Notes: generated by a model from the sequence alone, not told the origin. 64,000 bases of DNA from Flavobacteriales bacterium (GCA_040377305.1 JBEIPA010000005.1:170685-234684), one strand, 5' to 3'; shown: positions 9,967-19,916, numbered from the stretch's first letter. Program-made: numbers and translations.

Positions 9967-10542
9967 ATGAAAATCTATACCAAAACCGGCGATAAAGGAC
10001 AAACCTCTCTCATAGGAGGAACGCGTGTTCCGAAACACCATATTCGTATTGAAGCGTACGGAACGATTGATGAGCTGAACTCCTGGATTGGCGTGATTCG
10101 CGATAGCATACCTGCAGAAAATATGCAAGCAGGCATTCCTTATCAGCACACGAAGATTATACTCATCGACATTCAGGATAAATTATTTACGATTGGATCT
10201 CACCTCGCGAGTGATCCGGAAAAAAGTAAAATGAAACTGCCGGATATTGCGGACGCAGCTGTTTCAATTCTCGAAAACGAAATGGATGCCATTGACAATT
10301 CAGTTCCAGCGATGAGAAATTTCATTTTGCCGGGAGGTAATCTCACCGTTTCATATTGTCACGTGGCGCGTTGTGTTTGCCGTCGTGCAGAACGTTGCAT
10401 CATTCATCTCAGCGAATCTGCTCCTGTTGATGAAGTGATCATTCGTTACGTGAACCGTCTCTCGGATTATCTTTTCATGCTCTCGAGAAAACTCACGCAG
10501 GATTTGGGTGCGGAAGAAATTCCCTGGTTGCCTCGTCAGTAG
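9967..10542 (+). CDS. PduO-type ATP:cob(I)alamin adenosyltransferase
   Basis: MKIYTKTGDKG, AYGTIDELNS, ARCVCRRAER and NRLSDYLF motifs. Confidence 0.93.
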   Translation: MKIYTKTGDKGQTSLIGGTRVPKHHIRIEAYGTIDELNSWIGVIRDSIPAENMQAGIPYQHTKIILIDIQDKLFTIGSHLASDPEKSKMKLPDIADAAVSILENEMDAIDNSVPAMRNFILPGGNLTVSYCHVARCVCRRAERCIIHLSESAPVDEVIIRYVNRLSDYLFMLSRKLTQDLGAEEIPWLPRQ

Positions 10543-10800
10543 GCCGTAGTGCGGTGAATCAGTTGGCAGTAGCGCCGTAAATCAGTCGGCAGTCAAATTC
10601 TACGTGGGCGTCTCTGTGGAGCGATTCATGGAGTAAATTCTTCCCAAACGGACAATTCCCCAATCAAAGTCACGAGTCGGTTGGTGCGAACCCTGCACAT
10701 TCCACCTCAATATTGTTGAAAACCTGCTTTCTATCTGATTTTCAGTCCATTTACTTTCCAAAAAATAATCCACCATGTGTGCAAGGCATTGAGATAGTAC

Positions 10801-10808
10801 TACTTTTG
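10801..10808 (+). promoter_or_regulatory. Probable -7 promoter element for DUF2795 gene
   Basis: TACTTTTT/TTTG-like box (tactttttgca) about 105 nt upstream of ATG 10913. Confidence 0.4.
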
Positions 10809-10912
10809 CACGAAAATTGACCTGTAATTACCAGTTGCAATAGGATTACCCCTCAGCGTAACAATTTTACAGAATCAGCGTTTAGAGTTACAACCCTTAA
10901 ATAAATTGAATT

Positions 10913-11134
10913 ATGTACTGGACACTTGAACTTGCCTCTTACCTTGAAGACGCACCTTGGCCTGCAACCAAGGAAGAATTGATCGATTATGCTATTCGAT
11001 CAGGTGCCCCAATGGAAGTGATGGAAAACCTGCAGGAAATTGAAGACGAAGGCGAAGCTTACGAATCGATTGAAGAAATCTGGCCTGATTACCCAACGAA
11101 GGAAGACTTTTTCTTTAACGAAGACGAGTACTAG
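10913..11134 (+). CDS. DUF2795 domain protein (conserved small acidic protein)
   Basis: MYWTLELASYLEDAPWPATKEELIDYA...FFFNEDEY, a recognisable Bacteroidota protein typically found upstream of secA. Confidence 0.9.
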   Translation: MYWTLELASYLEDAPWPATKEELIDYAIRSGAPMEVMENLQEIEDEGEAYESIEEIWPDYPTKEDFFFNEDEY

Positions 11135-11194
11135 ATCGCGGCGGCGCGGAGTAATCGGCGATGCAGCGTAGAATTTTTATCAGATCAAATAGTG

Positions 11195-11219
11195 AAGGAG
11201 TCCGCAGGGGCTCCTTTCT
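11195..11219 (+). terminator. Probable intrinsic terminator
   Basis: AAGGAGTCC-GCAG-GGGCTCCTTT hairpin after DUF2795. Confidence 0.5.
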
Positions 11220-11244
11220 CATTCCTCGGTACGCCTGCAATATT

Positions 11245-11411
11245 TCACAAGGTGCTCCGCAGGTATTGCCGGCTACTCGGAATGACAAAGGATGCCCGGT
11301 GTCAGACCGCATTTATCACAAGCTGCTCCGCAGTTATTTCCAGCTACTCGGAATGACAAAGGATGCCCGGGGTCAGACCGCATTTATATTTTCAGCTACT
11401 CAGAAGGACAA
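11245..11411. repeat. 71-bp tandem repeat (2 full copies + partial) of a REP-like family
   Basis: Units start at 11245 and 11316; related copy in opposite orientation at 56669-56713. Confidence 0.85.
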
Positions 11412-11443
11412 TCGACAGCCAAACTGCCCGCATTCGGGGCACA

Positions 11444-11960
11444 TTGTCAGATTGAGCGTAGCCGAAGGGTGACAGGATGACCAATTAGCGTATAATTTCC
11501 CTTGAGGAACGACTTTTGATCCGTAATTTCACGGTCCCAATACAATGACACCAAAAGAGCATAGAAAATCGCTGCCATTCCTCGTAACACTCGCGGGATG
11601 TGTACTTATGCTCGCTTGGGTAGATCCGGCTCATGCGTCTGAAGTAACGCGACAACTTTCCCAGAAAGGCTTCGCGATTTCTCAGTTGCGCAAATCAGAA
11701 GTTGCGATTGTCAAGAATGCGCACGCCGATCTCAAAGTATTCTTCAAGGCGTTCAACGCAACGCAGAGCGGTGAACATGTTGCATCGGGATTCATCAAAA
11801 GCAATTACTCTTCAGAATATAAAATTGTATTTCCACATTTCGTAAAATCATCACTCAAAGGCTACATCCTTACTTGGATGAAGCGTGAGTGAGAAGTTTG
11901 GAGCGACCTGCCATCGTTCGGCTACGCCTTATCATCCTTCGGCTACGCTCAGTATGACAA
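11444..11960. repeat. Pair of 25-bp inverted REP-like repeats flanking ORF 11545-11892
   Basis: TTGTCAGATTGAGCGTAGCCGAAGG (11444-11468) and CCTTCGGCTACGCTCAGTATGACAA (11936-11960), 23/25 complementary. Confidence 0.75.
11545..11892 (+). CDS. Hypothetical exported protein
   Basis: 115-aa ORF with signal-peptide-like N-terminus (AHA cleavage motif). Confidence 0.55.
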   Translation: MTPKEHRKSLPFLVTLAGCVLMLAWVDPAHASEVTRQLSQKGFAISQLRKSEVAIVKNAHADLKVFFKAFNATQSGEHVASGFIKSNYSSEYKIVFPHFVKSSLKGYILTWMKRE

Positions 11961-12053
11961 GGCTCTTCCTCCTGCGGCCACCAGCCGTCTTCCTACCAAT
12001 TTCATTTTTTGCAGTAACGGGAAGGTCTGCGTTCAACTTTCAATTCTATTACC

Positions 12054-15000
12054 ATGTTTGATTTTATTTCCAAAGGAATCACCAAGCTTATGGGCGGTTC
12101 CAAATCGGAGCGCGACGTAAAAGAAATTCAACCTTACGTTGACGAAATTCTCCGCATATATCCAACACTAAAAAGTATCTCGAACGATGAGCTCCGCAAT
12201 AAAACCGTGGAGTTCCGTAAACAGATTAACGATGCCATCAAAGACGAGCAGGCAGAAATTAACAAGCTCAAAGCACAAGCAGAAAATCCGGAAACGGATG
12301 TAGAAGAACAGGAAAGCCTCTTCAATAAGGCCGACACCCTCGAAAAAGAGATGGTGAAGAAAATTGAAGAAGTGCTTCTTGAAATTCTTCCTGAAGCGTT
12401 TGCTGTAGTGAAAGAAACTGCTCGCCGTTTTACGGAGAACAAAGAAATCGTTGTAACGGCAACGCAACATGATCGTGATCTGGCTGTCCGTAAACCAAAC
12501 GTTGTTATTGACGGCGACAAAGCGATCTGGAAAAACACCTGGATGGCCGCTGGAATCGAAGTAACCTGGAACATGATTCACTACGATGTGCAGTTGATCG
12601 GTGGTATTGTTCTTCATCAGGGGAAAATTTCCGAGATGGCAACAGGTGAAGGTAAAACCCTCGTTGCAACACTTCCGGTTTACCTCAACGCACTACCTGC
12701 GCGTGGTGTGCATCTGGTAACTGTGAACAACTACCTCGCACGTCGTGACTGTGAGTGGAACGGTCCTTTGTTCGAATTCCTCGGTCTGACTGTTGATTGT
12801 ATTGACTTGCACGAACCGAATGGCGCTGAACGTCGCAAAGCATACCAGGCCGATATTACTTACGGAACGAACAACGAATACGGTTTCGATTATCTGCGTG
12901 ATAACATGTCGCGTGAACCGGATGAACTCGTACAGCGCAAACACCATTACGCAATTGTGGATGAGGTCGATTCAGTACTCATTGACGATGCACGTACTCC
13001 GCTCATCATTGCTGGTCCTACTCCGAAAGGAAATAACCACATGTTCAATGAGCTGAAACCGAAAATCGAGAAGTTGGTGAATGCGCAGCGTAGCTTCATC
13101 AACACGATTCTTGCTGATGCGAAGAAAGGTTTCGCCGCCATGGGAACCGATAAGGAGAAAGAGAAAGAAGTGGGCATGTTGATTCTCCGTTGTCACCGCG
13201 GCCTTCCAAAGAACAAAGCATTTATCAAATTCCTTTCTGAGCAAGGCGTTCGTCAGTTGTTACAGAAGACAGAGAACTTCTATATCGCCGATCAGTCGAA
13301 GGAAATGCACAAAGTTGATGAAGCACTATTCTTCGTGATCGATGAGAAACACAACTCGATTGAGCTCACAGAAAAAGGTGTTGATCTGATTTCAACTTCT
13401 GCTGAAGATCACAACTTCTTCATTCTACCCGATCTCGGTGTAGAGATGAATGATCTCGAGAAAAAATATACTGAAGAGAAAGAACGTCTCGAGAAGAAAG
13501 ACGAACTCATCCGCGATTACAACGTGAAGTCGGAACGTGTACACTCCATGCAGCAATTGCTGAAAGCGTACTGTTTGTTCGACAAAGACACGGAGTACAT
13601 TGTTGCGGATGGAAAAGTAAAAATCGTTGACGAACAAACCGGTCGTGTACTCGATGGTCGTCGTTACTCTGACGGATTGCACCAGGCGATTGAAGCGAAA
13701 GAGAATGTGAAGATTGAAGCAGCGACACAGACGTACGCTACTGTTACTTTGCAGAACTACTTCCGTATGTACCACAAACTTGCGGGTATGACGGGAACTG
13801 CGGAAACAGAAGCGCAGGAGTTCTGGACCATCTACAAGCTCGACGTTGTTACGATTCCTACCAACCGCAATATCACGCGTAAGGATATGGAAGATCTCGT
13901 GTACAAGACTACACGTGAGAAATACAACGCGGTTATTGAAGAATGCGTGAAGTGCGTAAAAGAAGGACGACCAGTACTTGTGGGTACAACTTCGGTTGAG
14001 ATTTCAGAGTTGTTGAGTCGTATGCTTAAGCTTCGTAACATTAAGCACAACGTACTCAACGCGAAATTGCACCAGAAAGAAGCGGACATTGTCCTCGAAG
14101 CTGGTCAGGCAGGAACAGTAACGATCGCTACGAACATGGCTGGTCGTGGTACAGATATTAAACTCGGACCTGGCGTGAAAGAAGCCGGTGGTCTTGCGAT
14201 CATTGGTACAGAACGTCACGAGTCGCGTCGTGTTGACCGCCAGTTGCGTGGTCGTGCAGGTCGACAGGGTGATCCGGGATCATCACAGTTCTTCGTTTCA
14301 TTGGAAGACAATTTGATGCGTCTCTTCGGTTCAGATCGTATTGCGCGATTGATGGACAGAATGGGCCTGGAAGAAGGCGAAGTGATTCAGCACAGCATGA
14401 TCACGAAATCCATCGAGCGTGCGCAACGTAAAGTAGAAGAGAACCACTTCGGTACACGTAAGCGGTTGATCGAGTATGATGACGTGATGAACGCACAGCG
14501 TGAAGTTATTTACAAGCGTCGCCGCAATGCATTGTTCGGTGAACGTTTGCAGATCGACATCAGCAACATGATGCGTGATGTAACTGATAACGTTGTTGCA
14601 GAATATCTCGACACACAGAATTACGTTCAGTTCGAACTTGATCTTCTCCGCAACTTCGGAATGGAAGCTCCATTGAAAGAAGAAGAAATGGGCGGGAAGA
14701 AAAAAGAGGAACTTCTTGACACGATCCTTGATTCGGTTCACGCACATTACAAGGAGAAGTCGGCACGCATGGCGGCGCAGGCATTCCCTGTGATTAAGAA
14801 TGTGTACGAAACGCAATCGGGAACTTTCATCAACATCACTACTCCGATCACAGATGGAATGCGCACGCTTCACGCGGTTGCGAATCTCCAGAAGTGTTAC
14901 GAGTCGCAAGGAAAAGAACTTGTGACGGTGATGGAGAAAGGTGCAATTCTCGCGATGATCGACGACGCATGGAAAGAACACCTGCGTGAGATGGATGATC

Positions 15001-15413
15001 TGAAAACATCTGTACAGAACGCCGTTTACGAGCAGAAGGATCCGCTCTTGATTTACAAATTCGAATCATTCGATTTGTTCAAGCGCATGGTCGACGATAC
15101 CAACAAGAATATGATATCGTTCCTGTTCCGTGCGAATCTTCCTAGCGGAGATGCAAACGTACAGAACGCACAACAAGTTCGTCGTCCGGCACCACAACCC
15201 AAATTACAAACGCAGCGTGAAGAAGTTGGAAGTGGCCCTCAAGCACCGCCGCAACAACAGCAGCAGCAAGGCGGACCTCGTCCGGGAAGTGGAATGCCAC
15301 AGCAGGCACCGCAGCCGATACAGCAAGTTGTGAGAGAAAGTCCGAAGGTGGGCAGGAATGATTTGTGTCCTTGCGGATCGGGGAAGAAGTATAAATCTTG
15401 TCACGGTAAGTAG
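12054..15413 (+). CDS. secA: Preprotein translocase subunit SecA
   Basis: [41 protein letters not shown] and C-terminal SEC-C motif [14 protein letters not shown]. Confidence 0.98.
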   Translation: MFDFISKGITKLMGGSKSERDVKEIQPYVDEILRIYPTLKSISNDELRNKTVEFRKQINDAIKDEQAEINKLKAQAENPETDVEEQESLFNKADTLEKEMVKKIEEVLLEILPEAFAVVKETARRFTENKEIVVTATQHDRDLAVRKPNVVIDGDKAIWKNTWMAAGIEVTWNMIHYDVQLIGGIVLHQGKISEMATGEGKTLVATLPVYLNALPARGVHLVTVNNYLARRDCEWNGPLFEFLGLTVDCIDLHEPNGAERRKAYQADITYGTNNEYGFDYLRDNMSREPDELVQRKHHYAIVDEVDSVLIDDARTPLIIAGPTPKGNNHMFNELKPKIEKLVNAQRSFINTILADAKKGFAAMGTDKEKEKEVGMLILRCHRGLPKNKAFIKFLSEQGVRQLLQKTENFYIADQSKEMHKVDEALFFVIDEKHNSIELTEKGVDLISTSAEDHNFFILPDLGVEMNDLEKKYTEEKERLEKKDELIRDYNVKSERVHSMQQLLKAYCLFDKDTEYIVADGKVKIVDEQTGRVLDGRRYSDGLHQAIEAKENVKIEAATQTYATVTLQNYFRMYHKLAGMTGTAETEAQEFWTIYKLDVVTIPTNRNITRKDMEDLVYKTTREKYNAVIEECVKCVKEGRPVLVGTTSVEISELLSRMLKLRNIKHNVLNAKLHQKEADIVLEAGQAGTVTIATNMAGRGTDIKLGPGVKEAGGLAIIGTERHESRRVDRQLRGRAGRQGDPGSSQFFVSLEDNLMRLFGSDRIARLMDRMGLEEGEVIQHSMITKSIERAQRKVEENHFGTRKRLIEYDDVMNAQREVIYKRRRNALFGERLQIDISNMMRDVTDNVVAEYLDTQNYVQFELDLLRNFGMEAPLKEEEMGGKKKEELLDTILDSVHAHYKEKSARMAAQAFPVIKNVYETQSGTFINITTPITDGMRTLHAVANLQKCYESQGKELVTVMEKGAILAMIDDAWKEHLREMDDLKTSVQNAVYEQKDPLLIYKFESFDLFKRMVDDTNKNMISFLFRANLPSGDANVQNAQQVRRPAPQPKLQTQREEVGSGPQAPPQQQQQQGGPRPGSGMPQQAPQPIQQVVRESPKVGRNDLCPCGSGKKYKSCHGK

Positions 15414-15415
15414 TC

Positions 15416-15455
15416 GCCTGCCGCGGGCTTTACACGGCGACACGGCGTAACGGCG
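15416..15455. repeat. Half copy of the 6870-7042 repeat family
   Basis: GCCTGCCGCGGGCTTTACACGGCGACACGGCGTAACGGCG resembles the arms at 6870 and 7004. Confidence 0.65.
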
Positions 15456-15514
15456 AAAGTTGTTTGTGTTGAAGTGCTAAACCCAGCCGGCGGTCACGGC
15501 GAAAAGTAAAAACA

Positions 15515-15547
15515 GGAGCGTTCTCGAAAGAGGGCGCTCTTTGTTTT
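15515..15547 (+). terminator. secA intrinsic terminator
   Basis: GGAGCGTTCTC-GAAA-GAGGGCGCTCT hairpin followed by TTGTTTT. Confidence 0.7.
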
Positions 15548-15561
15548 ATATTAGATGCTCA

Positions 15562-16149
15562 ATGAATCGACTCGCGCTTGCACACCTCTTCTTTGCGATA
15601 ATTTTCGTTCACTGTCACGAAGATCATCACGTTAAGCTGGAGAAGAATGGAGCGGCGGACGTGAGTTACGTTTATCAATTTGGCGGCAAGGACACTACTT
15701 CTGGTCAGTCATTAGACACTGCGGGTATGTCCGTCTATATTGACACGCTTGTATTTTTAACAGATTCGTTTTATAGAAGTCCGCTGATCAGTAATTTCCA
15801 ACGTAATATCACTGCTACTGGCTTTGAATTGAAATACAGAATCAGTGATATCAATTACCTTGGCGAATTTCTTACACCAAGCAAAGGTACTCCGTTAACA
15901 TTCAAACGGACGAGACATTCTTTAACAATTGATGCGGGTACAGGAAATGCGGATCCCGAGGATGATATTGGCGGTTACACCAATCTGATTACGTTTAAAC
16001 TCACAATTGAGTTCCCGCGGAAAATAAGAAGTGTCGATAACTCAAGCGGTTTGCCGTTTACATTTTCTGCAAACAAATTCACTATGGAATCAAATGTAGG
16101 TGCGGTGAATTATTCGGGGAAGAGGAATTTGGTGGTGGTGAAGTATTGA
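15562..16149 (+). CDS. Hypothetical exported or lipoprotein
   Basis: ATG 15562, hydrophobic N-terminus ending FVHC, beta-rich body. Confidence 0.6.
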   Translation: MNRLALAHLFFAIIFVHCHEDHHVKLEKNGAADVSYVYQFGGKDTTSGQSLDTAGMSVYIDTLVFLTDSFYRSPLISNFQRNITATGFELKYRISDINYLGEFLTPSKGTPLTFKRTRHSLTIDAGTGNADPEDDIGGYTNLITFKLTIEFPRKIRSVDNSSGLPFTFSANKFTMESNVGAVNYSGKRNLVVVKY

Positions 16150-16225
16150 TGGTCGCGTAAAGGTTTTCACATACTCGATTCTGTTTTTCAATTTATCAAG
16201 GTTGCGTTTTGCCGTCCCTACGCGC

Positions 16226-16254
16226 GCCTCTCTAACTCTCCAAAGGAGAGAACC
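16226..16254. repeat. 29-bp REP-like repeat (CTCTCC-AAA-GGAGAG hairpin)
   Basis: GCCTCTCTAACTCTCCAAAGGAGAGAACC, identical to 59829-59857. Confidence 0.85.
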
Positions 16255-16272
16255 CGCGCGGGTCCGTCGTCA

Positions 16273-16818
16273 CTAGTCTGCCACATATGGAATGTCGGGA
16301 AGGGAATCGAGCAGGTTCTTTATCTTACTCGTTACAGTTTGAAGATCATTTTCCACGTCAGCGTTCGTAAAGCGTAGAACCGTGAAGCCTTTTTGTTCAA
16401 GGTAAAATGTTCGTTCATTGTCACTTTGGATTTGTTCTGAATCCAAGTGATAACCACCGTCAATTTCAATAATAACTCGTTTAATAACACAAGTGAAGTC
16501 AACAATGTAAATATCAATAGGATGCTGCCTCCTTATTTTGTGTCCGAGCTTGCTAGCGCGAACTGATTGCCACAATTTTCCTTCTGCTTCGGTTTGTAAT
16601 TTCCGGTTCTCACGCGCACGATACTTCAGCACTCCCCATATTTCTTTGTTCCCGGTTTCATACGGCGGTCGCCCCTCAAATGCGACGAAGTCGCAAAGCC
16701 CCTCCGCACTATCCGCAGGATAGTAAAGCCCCTCTCCTTTGGAGAGGGGTTGGGGTGAGGCGTCAACCTCGTTTGCGCCACACCCCGTGCTCTTCACTTC
16801 GCTTTCTTTCATATCCAT
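16273..16818 (-). CDS. DUF559 / Vsr-like endonuclease domain protein; start uncertain
   Basis: ARENRK..TEAEGKLW, RRQHPIDIYIVDF, IEIDGGYH, D.ERT..LE..GFTVLRFTN motifs. Confidence 0.9.
   Translation of the reverse strand: MDMKESEVKSTGCGANEVDASPQPLSKGEGLYYPADSAEGLCDFVAFEGRPPYETGNKEIWGVLKYRARENRKLQTEAEGKLWQSVRASKLGHKIRRQHPIDIYIVDFTCVIKRVIIEIDGGYHLDSEQIQSDNERTFYLEQKGFTVLRFTNADVENDLQTVTSKIKNLLDSLPDIPYVAD
16729..16760. repeat. REP-like palindrome embedded in the 5' part of the DUF559 ORF
   Basis: CCCCTCTCC-TTT-GGAGAGGGG-TTGGGGTGAGG; translates as SPQPLSKGEG; opposite orientation to the 16226 copy. Confidence 0.8.
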
Positions 16819-16934
16819 TTTTATTTCTCCCCGCAATAATACAACAGCCGTAACACACCAGTCGGTAACAAACGTTTGAAAACGAATAATGAGTCTCTTG
16901 TTTCTCTTATCTTAGTATTCCTCACACCACCACC

Positions 16935-17294
16935 ATGGGCTCAACTGCAACTAACGAACGCGTTTCCAAAATGCCCTTCGCGAGTGTGTATCCGCACTAC
17001 GTAACCAAAGTGGAGAAGAAAGGTCGCACGAAAGAGGAATTGCACAAAGTCATTCAATGGCTCACCGGTTACGATGAGAAAGCATTGAAGGAAATCATCA
17101 CAAAGAAAATTGATTTCGAAACTTTCTTCAAGAAGGCAAAGCTGAACAAGAATGCTTCGCTCATCACCGGAGTTATTTGCGGTTACCGCGTGGAAGAAAT
17201 TGAAGATCCTTTTATGCAGAAGGTTCGCTATCTCGACAAGATTGTTGATGAGTTGGCGAAGGGGAAAGCGATGGAGAAGATACTTCGTAAATGA
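16935..17294 (+). CDS. DUF2200 family protein
   Basis: [31 protein letters not shown] and [14 protein letters not shown] motifs. Confidence 0.88.
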   Translation: MGSTATNERVSKMPFASVYPHYVTKVEKKGRTKEELHKVIQWLTGYDEKALKEIITKKIDFETFFKKAKLNKNASLITGVICGYRVEEIEDPFMQKVRYLDKIVDELAKGKAMEKILRK

Positions 17295-17322
17295 TGGAAT
17301 GATCTAATGATTGAATGATAGG

Positions 17323-17721
17323 ATGAGCGAAACACAATTCTACCACGGCACAAAAGCCAATCTAAATCCCGGAGATACGATTGCTCCCGGGTACATCACG
17401 AATTTCGGGAGCGGAAAAAAATCAAATCACGTTTACTTCACTGCAACGCTCGATGCGGCCACATGGGGTGCTGAACTTGCACAAGGAGATGGTCGCGGAA
17501 GAATATATATTGTGGAGCCAACGGGCGCGTTTGAAGATGATCCGAATCTGACCGACAAAAAGTTTCCGGGAAATCCCACGAAGTCGTACAGAACGAAAGA
17601 TGCCCTGCGTGTGATCGGAGAAGTTGAAGAATGGAAAGGACATTCTGAAGAGCAACTGAAGACGATGAAAGATAATCTGGAGCGGCTGAAGCAACAGGGA
17701 ATTGAGGCAATTGATGATTAA
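17323..17721 (+). CDS. arr: NAD(+)--rifampin ADP-ribosyltransferase
   Basis: FYHGTKA, VYFT, WGAELA, YIVEPTG, EDDPNLTDKKFPGNPTKSYR signature. Confidence 0.92.
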   Translation: MSETQFYHGTKANLNPGDTIAPGYITNFGSGKKSNHVYFTATLDAATWGAELAQGDGRGRIYIVEPTGAFEDDPNLTDKKFPGNPTKSYRTKDALRVIGEVEEWKGHSEEQLKTMKDNLERLKQQGIEAIDD

Positions 17722-17745
17722 TGAATTCGACAATCCATTTGATTC

Positions 17746-18162
17746 ATGCAGAGTGTTTTCACTGATAAAATCCACAAACCGTCAAACAAAGACTTAGAGC
17801 ACGCACTTGGTAAAACATCTGCGTTGTGGAGTCACATTGTGCAGTTCACGGAAGGAGAGTATCCCGGAGCTGTATCAGAGTGGAATTATCCCGGAGCGAA
17901 ATACGGATGGAGCTTTCGGATTAAAGACAAAAAAAGAGTGATCATTTATCTGTTGCCCCGTGCTGGCTTTTTCAAATGCGCTTTGGTATTTGGCGATAAA
18001 GCTCTTGCGTTAATCTTTGCCGGTGATATTTCGGAAGCTATAAAAGACGAACTACGTAGTGCGAAAAAATATGCGGAAGGAACCGGCGTGCGAATTGACG
18101 TAAGAAAGAAATCGGACCTCAAGGATATTCTTAAATTGATCCAGATCAAACTTTCTGTATAA
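17746..18162 (+). CDS. DUF3788 family protein
   Basis: W.YPGAKYGWSFR.K.KKR.I.YL.P and AKKYAEG motifs. Confidence 0.75.
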   Translation: MQSVFTDKIHKPSNKDLEHALGKTSALWSHIVQFTEGEYPGAVSEWNYPGAKYGWSFRIKDKKRVIIYLLPRAGFFKCALVFGDKALALIFAGDISEAIKDELRSAKKYAEGTGVRIDVRKKSDLKDILKLIQIKLSV

Positions 18163-18170
18163 TACATCTG

Positions 18171-19112
18171 ATGAAGCGCACGAAATCTAAACCCATTCTG
18201 GATTGGCTACTCGAAGGAGATGTAGCCATACAATATCAGGTCGAACGTGACTTGCTGGGAAAGGATAACAGAGCGAAACAGAAACAGATTGCTCTTGAAG
18301 GATGGGGCAAACGATTTCTTTCTAAACGAAAAGCCAACGGCCATTGGGGAGAAAGTTTTTACCAACCAAAATGGATATCGACACATTATACATTGTTGGA
18401 TCTGCGGAACCTCAATATTGCTTCGAATAATCCCATCATTCATCAAAGTCTCAAACAAGTTCTGAATACCTGCCGCTCTGAAGATGGTGGTATTCAGCTG
18501 GGACCTTCTACGGCGGTGCAAAGTGATGTATGTGTGAATGGCATGTTTCTGAACTATGCTTCATACTTTAGAATGAGTGAGAAACAACTCGAGCCTTTGG
18601 TCGACGTCCTGCTCAAAGAAATTATGCCCGACGGTGGGTTCAATTGCAGAACAGCCGCGTCAGGTTCTACGCATAGTTCATTGCATTCTACGATATCAGT
18701 GCTGGAAGGTCTGCACGAATTTCAGAAGAAGGGTTATACCTACCGAAAAAAGGAAATTCAGAATGCGAAAACGAGTGCAGAAGAATTCATTCTGATGCAT
18801 CGGTTGTTTCTTTCAGACAGGACTGGTCAGATCATCAGTCAATCTTTTCTGCGGTTGAGTTATCCGTGCAGGTGGAAATATGACATTCTTCGGGCGCTTG
18901 ACTACTTTCAATACGCAGGTCGAAAGTGGGATAACCGCATGGAAGATGCAATTCAAATCCTTCTCAAAAAGAAAAATGAAGATGGCAGCTGGAGTCAGCA
19001 GGCCATGCATCCCGGAGAAGTTCACTTTCAAATGGAGAAACCCGGATCTCCTGGCAGATGGAATACACTGCGTGCATTACGTGTGTTCAAACACTTTTCA
19101 ATTGAACACTAA
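18171..19112 (+). CDS. Conserved hypothetical protein, prenyltransferase/squalene-cyclase-like helical fold
   Basis: WLLEGD.AIQYQV.RDL, YQPKWISTHYTL, DGGFNC, YP.RW.YD.LRALD and GRWNTLRALRV motifs. Confidence 0.65.
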   Translation: MKRTKSKPILDWLLEGDVAIQYQVERDLLGKDNRAKQKQIALEGWGKRFLSKRKANGHWGESFYQPKWISTHYTLLDLRNLNIASNNPIIHQSLKQVLNTCRSEDGGIQLGPSTAVQSDVCVNGMFLNYASYFRMSEKQLEPLVDVLLKEIMPDGGFNCRTAASGSTHSSLHSTISVLEGLHEFQKKGYTYRKKEIQNAKTSAEEFILMHRLFLSDRTGQIISQSFLRLSYPCRWKYDILRALDYFQYAGRKWDNRMEDAIQILLKKKNEDGSWSQQAMHPGEVHFQMEKPGSPGRWNTLRALRVFKHFSIEH

Positions 19113-19135
19113 AGTCGCTCTGGAAATTCTGCACA

Positions 19136-19170
19136 TGATTGTTATCAGTACCCCAGCATGATTTTCAGCA
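19136..19170. promoter_or_regulatory. TGAT-N4-ATCA palindromes (CRP/FNR-like) upstream of VIT1
   Basis: TGATtgttATCA at 19136-19147 and a near-match TGATtttcAGCA just downstream; -7 box TAGCTTTG at 19194-19201. Confidence 0.45.
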
Positions 19171-19208
19171 TCTGTCAACAAATCAAGCTTGCTTAGCTTT
19201 GATGTGCA

Positions 19209-19916
19209 ATGGCACAACTCACGATCGACAATTATCTGGATCCGCATTATATACACCGCAGCAATTGGCTGAGGGCAGCGGTTCTTGGAGCCAACGACGG
19301 AATAATTTCAATTTCGAGTATCGCAATTGGCTTGGCCGCCGCAACAACAACGCGTGAGCCTATCGTGCTCGCAACTGTGGCGGGACTCGTTGCAGGAGCA
19401 TTGTCTATGGCCGCAGGCGAATACGTATCGGTGAGCTCGCAGACTGATACGGAAAAAGCCGACATTGAAAGAGAAGCTGCAGAACTTAAAGCAATGCCCG
19501 AAGAAGAATTAGCAATCCTTGCTGTGATTTATGAAAAAAGAGGATTGAAAAAGGAAACAGCACTTCAGGTTGCAAAAGAGTTAACCGACAAAGATGCACT
19601 TGCTGCTCATGTAAGAGATGAGTTGGGTATCAATGAAATTACAAGTGCAAAACCTATTCAGGCGGCATTCGCGTCCGGGGCTGCATTCACTGTGGGTGGA
19701 ATCTTGCCATTACTCGTTGTATTGTTCACTCCAGTACGGGGAATGGAATATACATTGTACGGTTCTTCAATCGTTTCACTGATCGTCCTGGGTGTCATCT
19801 CCGCGAAAACCGGTGGATCAGGCATGATGAAAGCAATCATGCGCATTACCATCTGGGGTACTGTGGCCATGGGACTGACTGCGTTGGTTGGATATCTGTT
19901 TGGGGTTGCGGTGTAG
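19209..19916 (+). CDS. VIT1/CCC1 family Fe/Mn transporter
   Basis: WLRAAVLGANDG, AGALSMAAGEYVSVSSQ.D.E and H.RDELG motifs. Confidence 0.93.
   Translation: MAQLTIDNYLDPHYIHRSNWLRAAVLGANDGIISISSIAIGLAAATTTREPIVLATVAGLVAGALSMAAGEYVSVSSQTDTEKADIEREAAELKAMPEEELAILAVIYEKRGLKKETALQVAKELTDKDALAAHVRDELGINEITSAKPIQAAFASGAAFTVGGILPLLVVLFTPVRGMEYTLYGSSIVSLIVLGVISAKTGGSGMMKAIMRITIWGTVAMGLTALVGYLFGVAV

Noticed and set aside
11245-11411. Possible CRISPR mini-array
   Set aside because: The whole 71-bp unit is repeated; there is no repeat-spacer alternation
11161-11480. ORFs 11161-11472, 11292-11480 and 11115-11312
   Set aside because: They are translations of repeat and terminator DNA
15170-15340. Gln/Pro-rich low-complexity tract in secA
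   Set aside because: Ordinary flexible linker before the SEC-C motif
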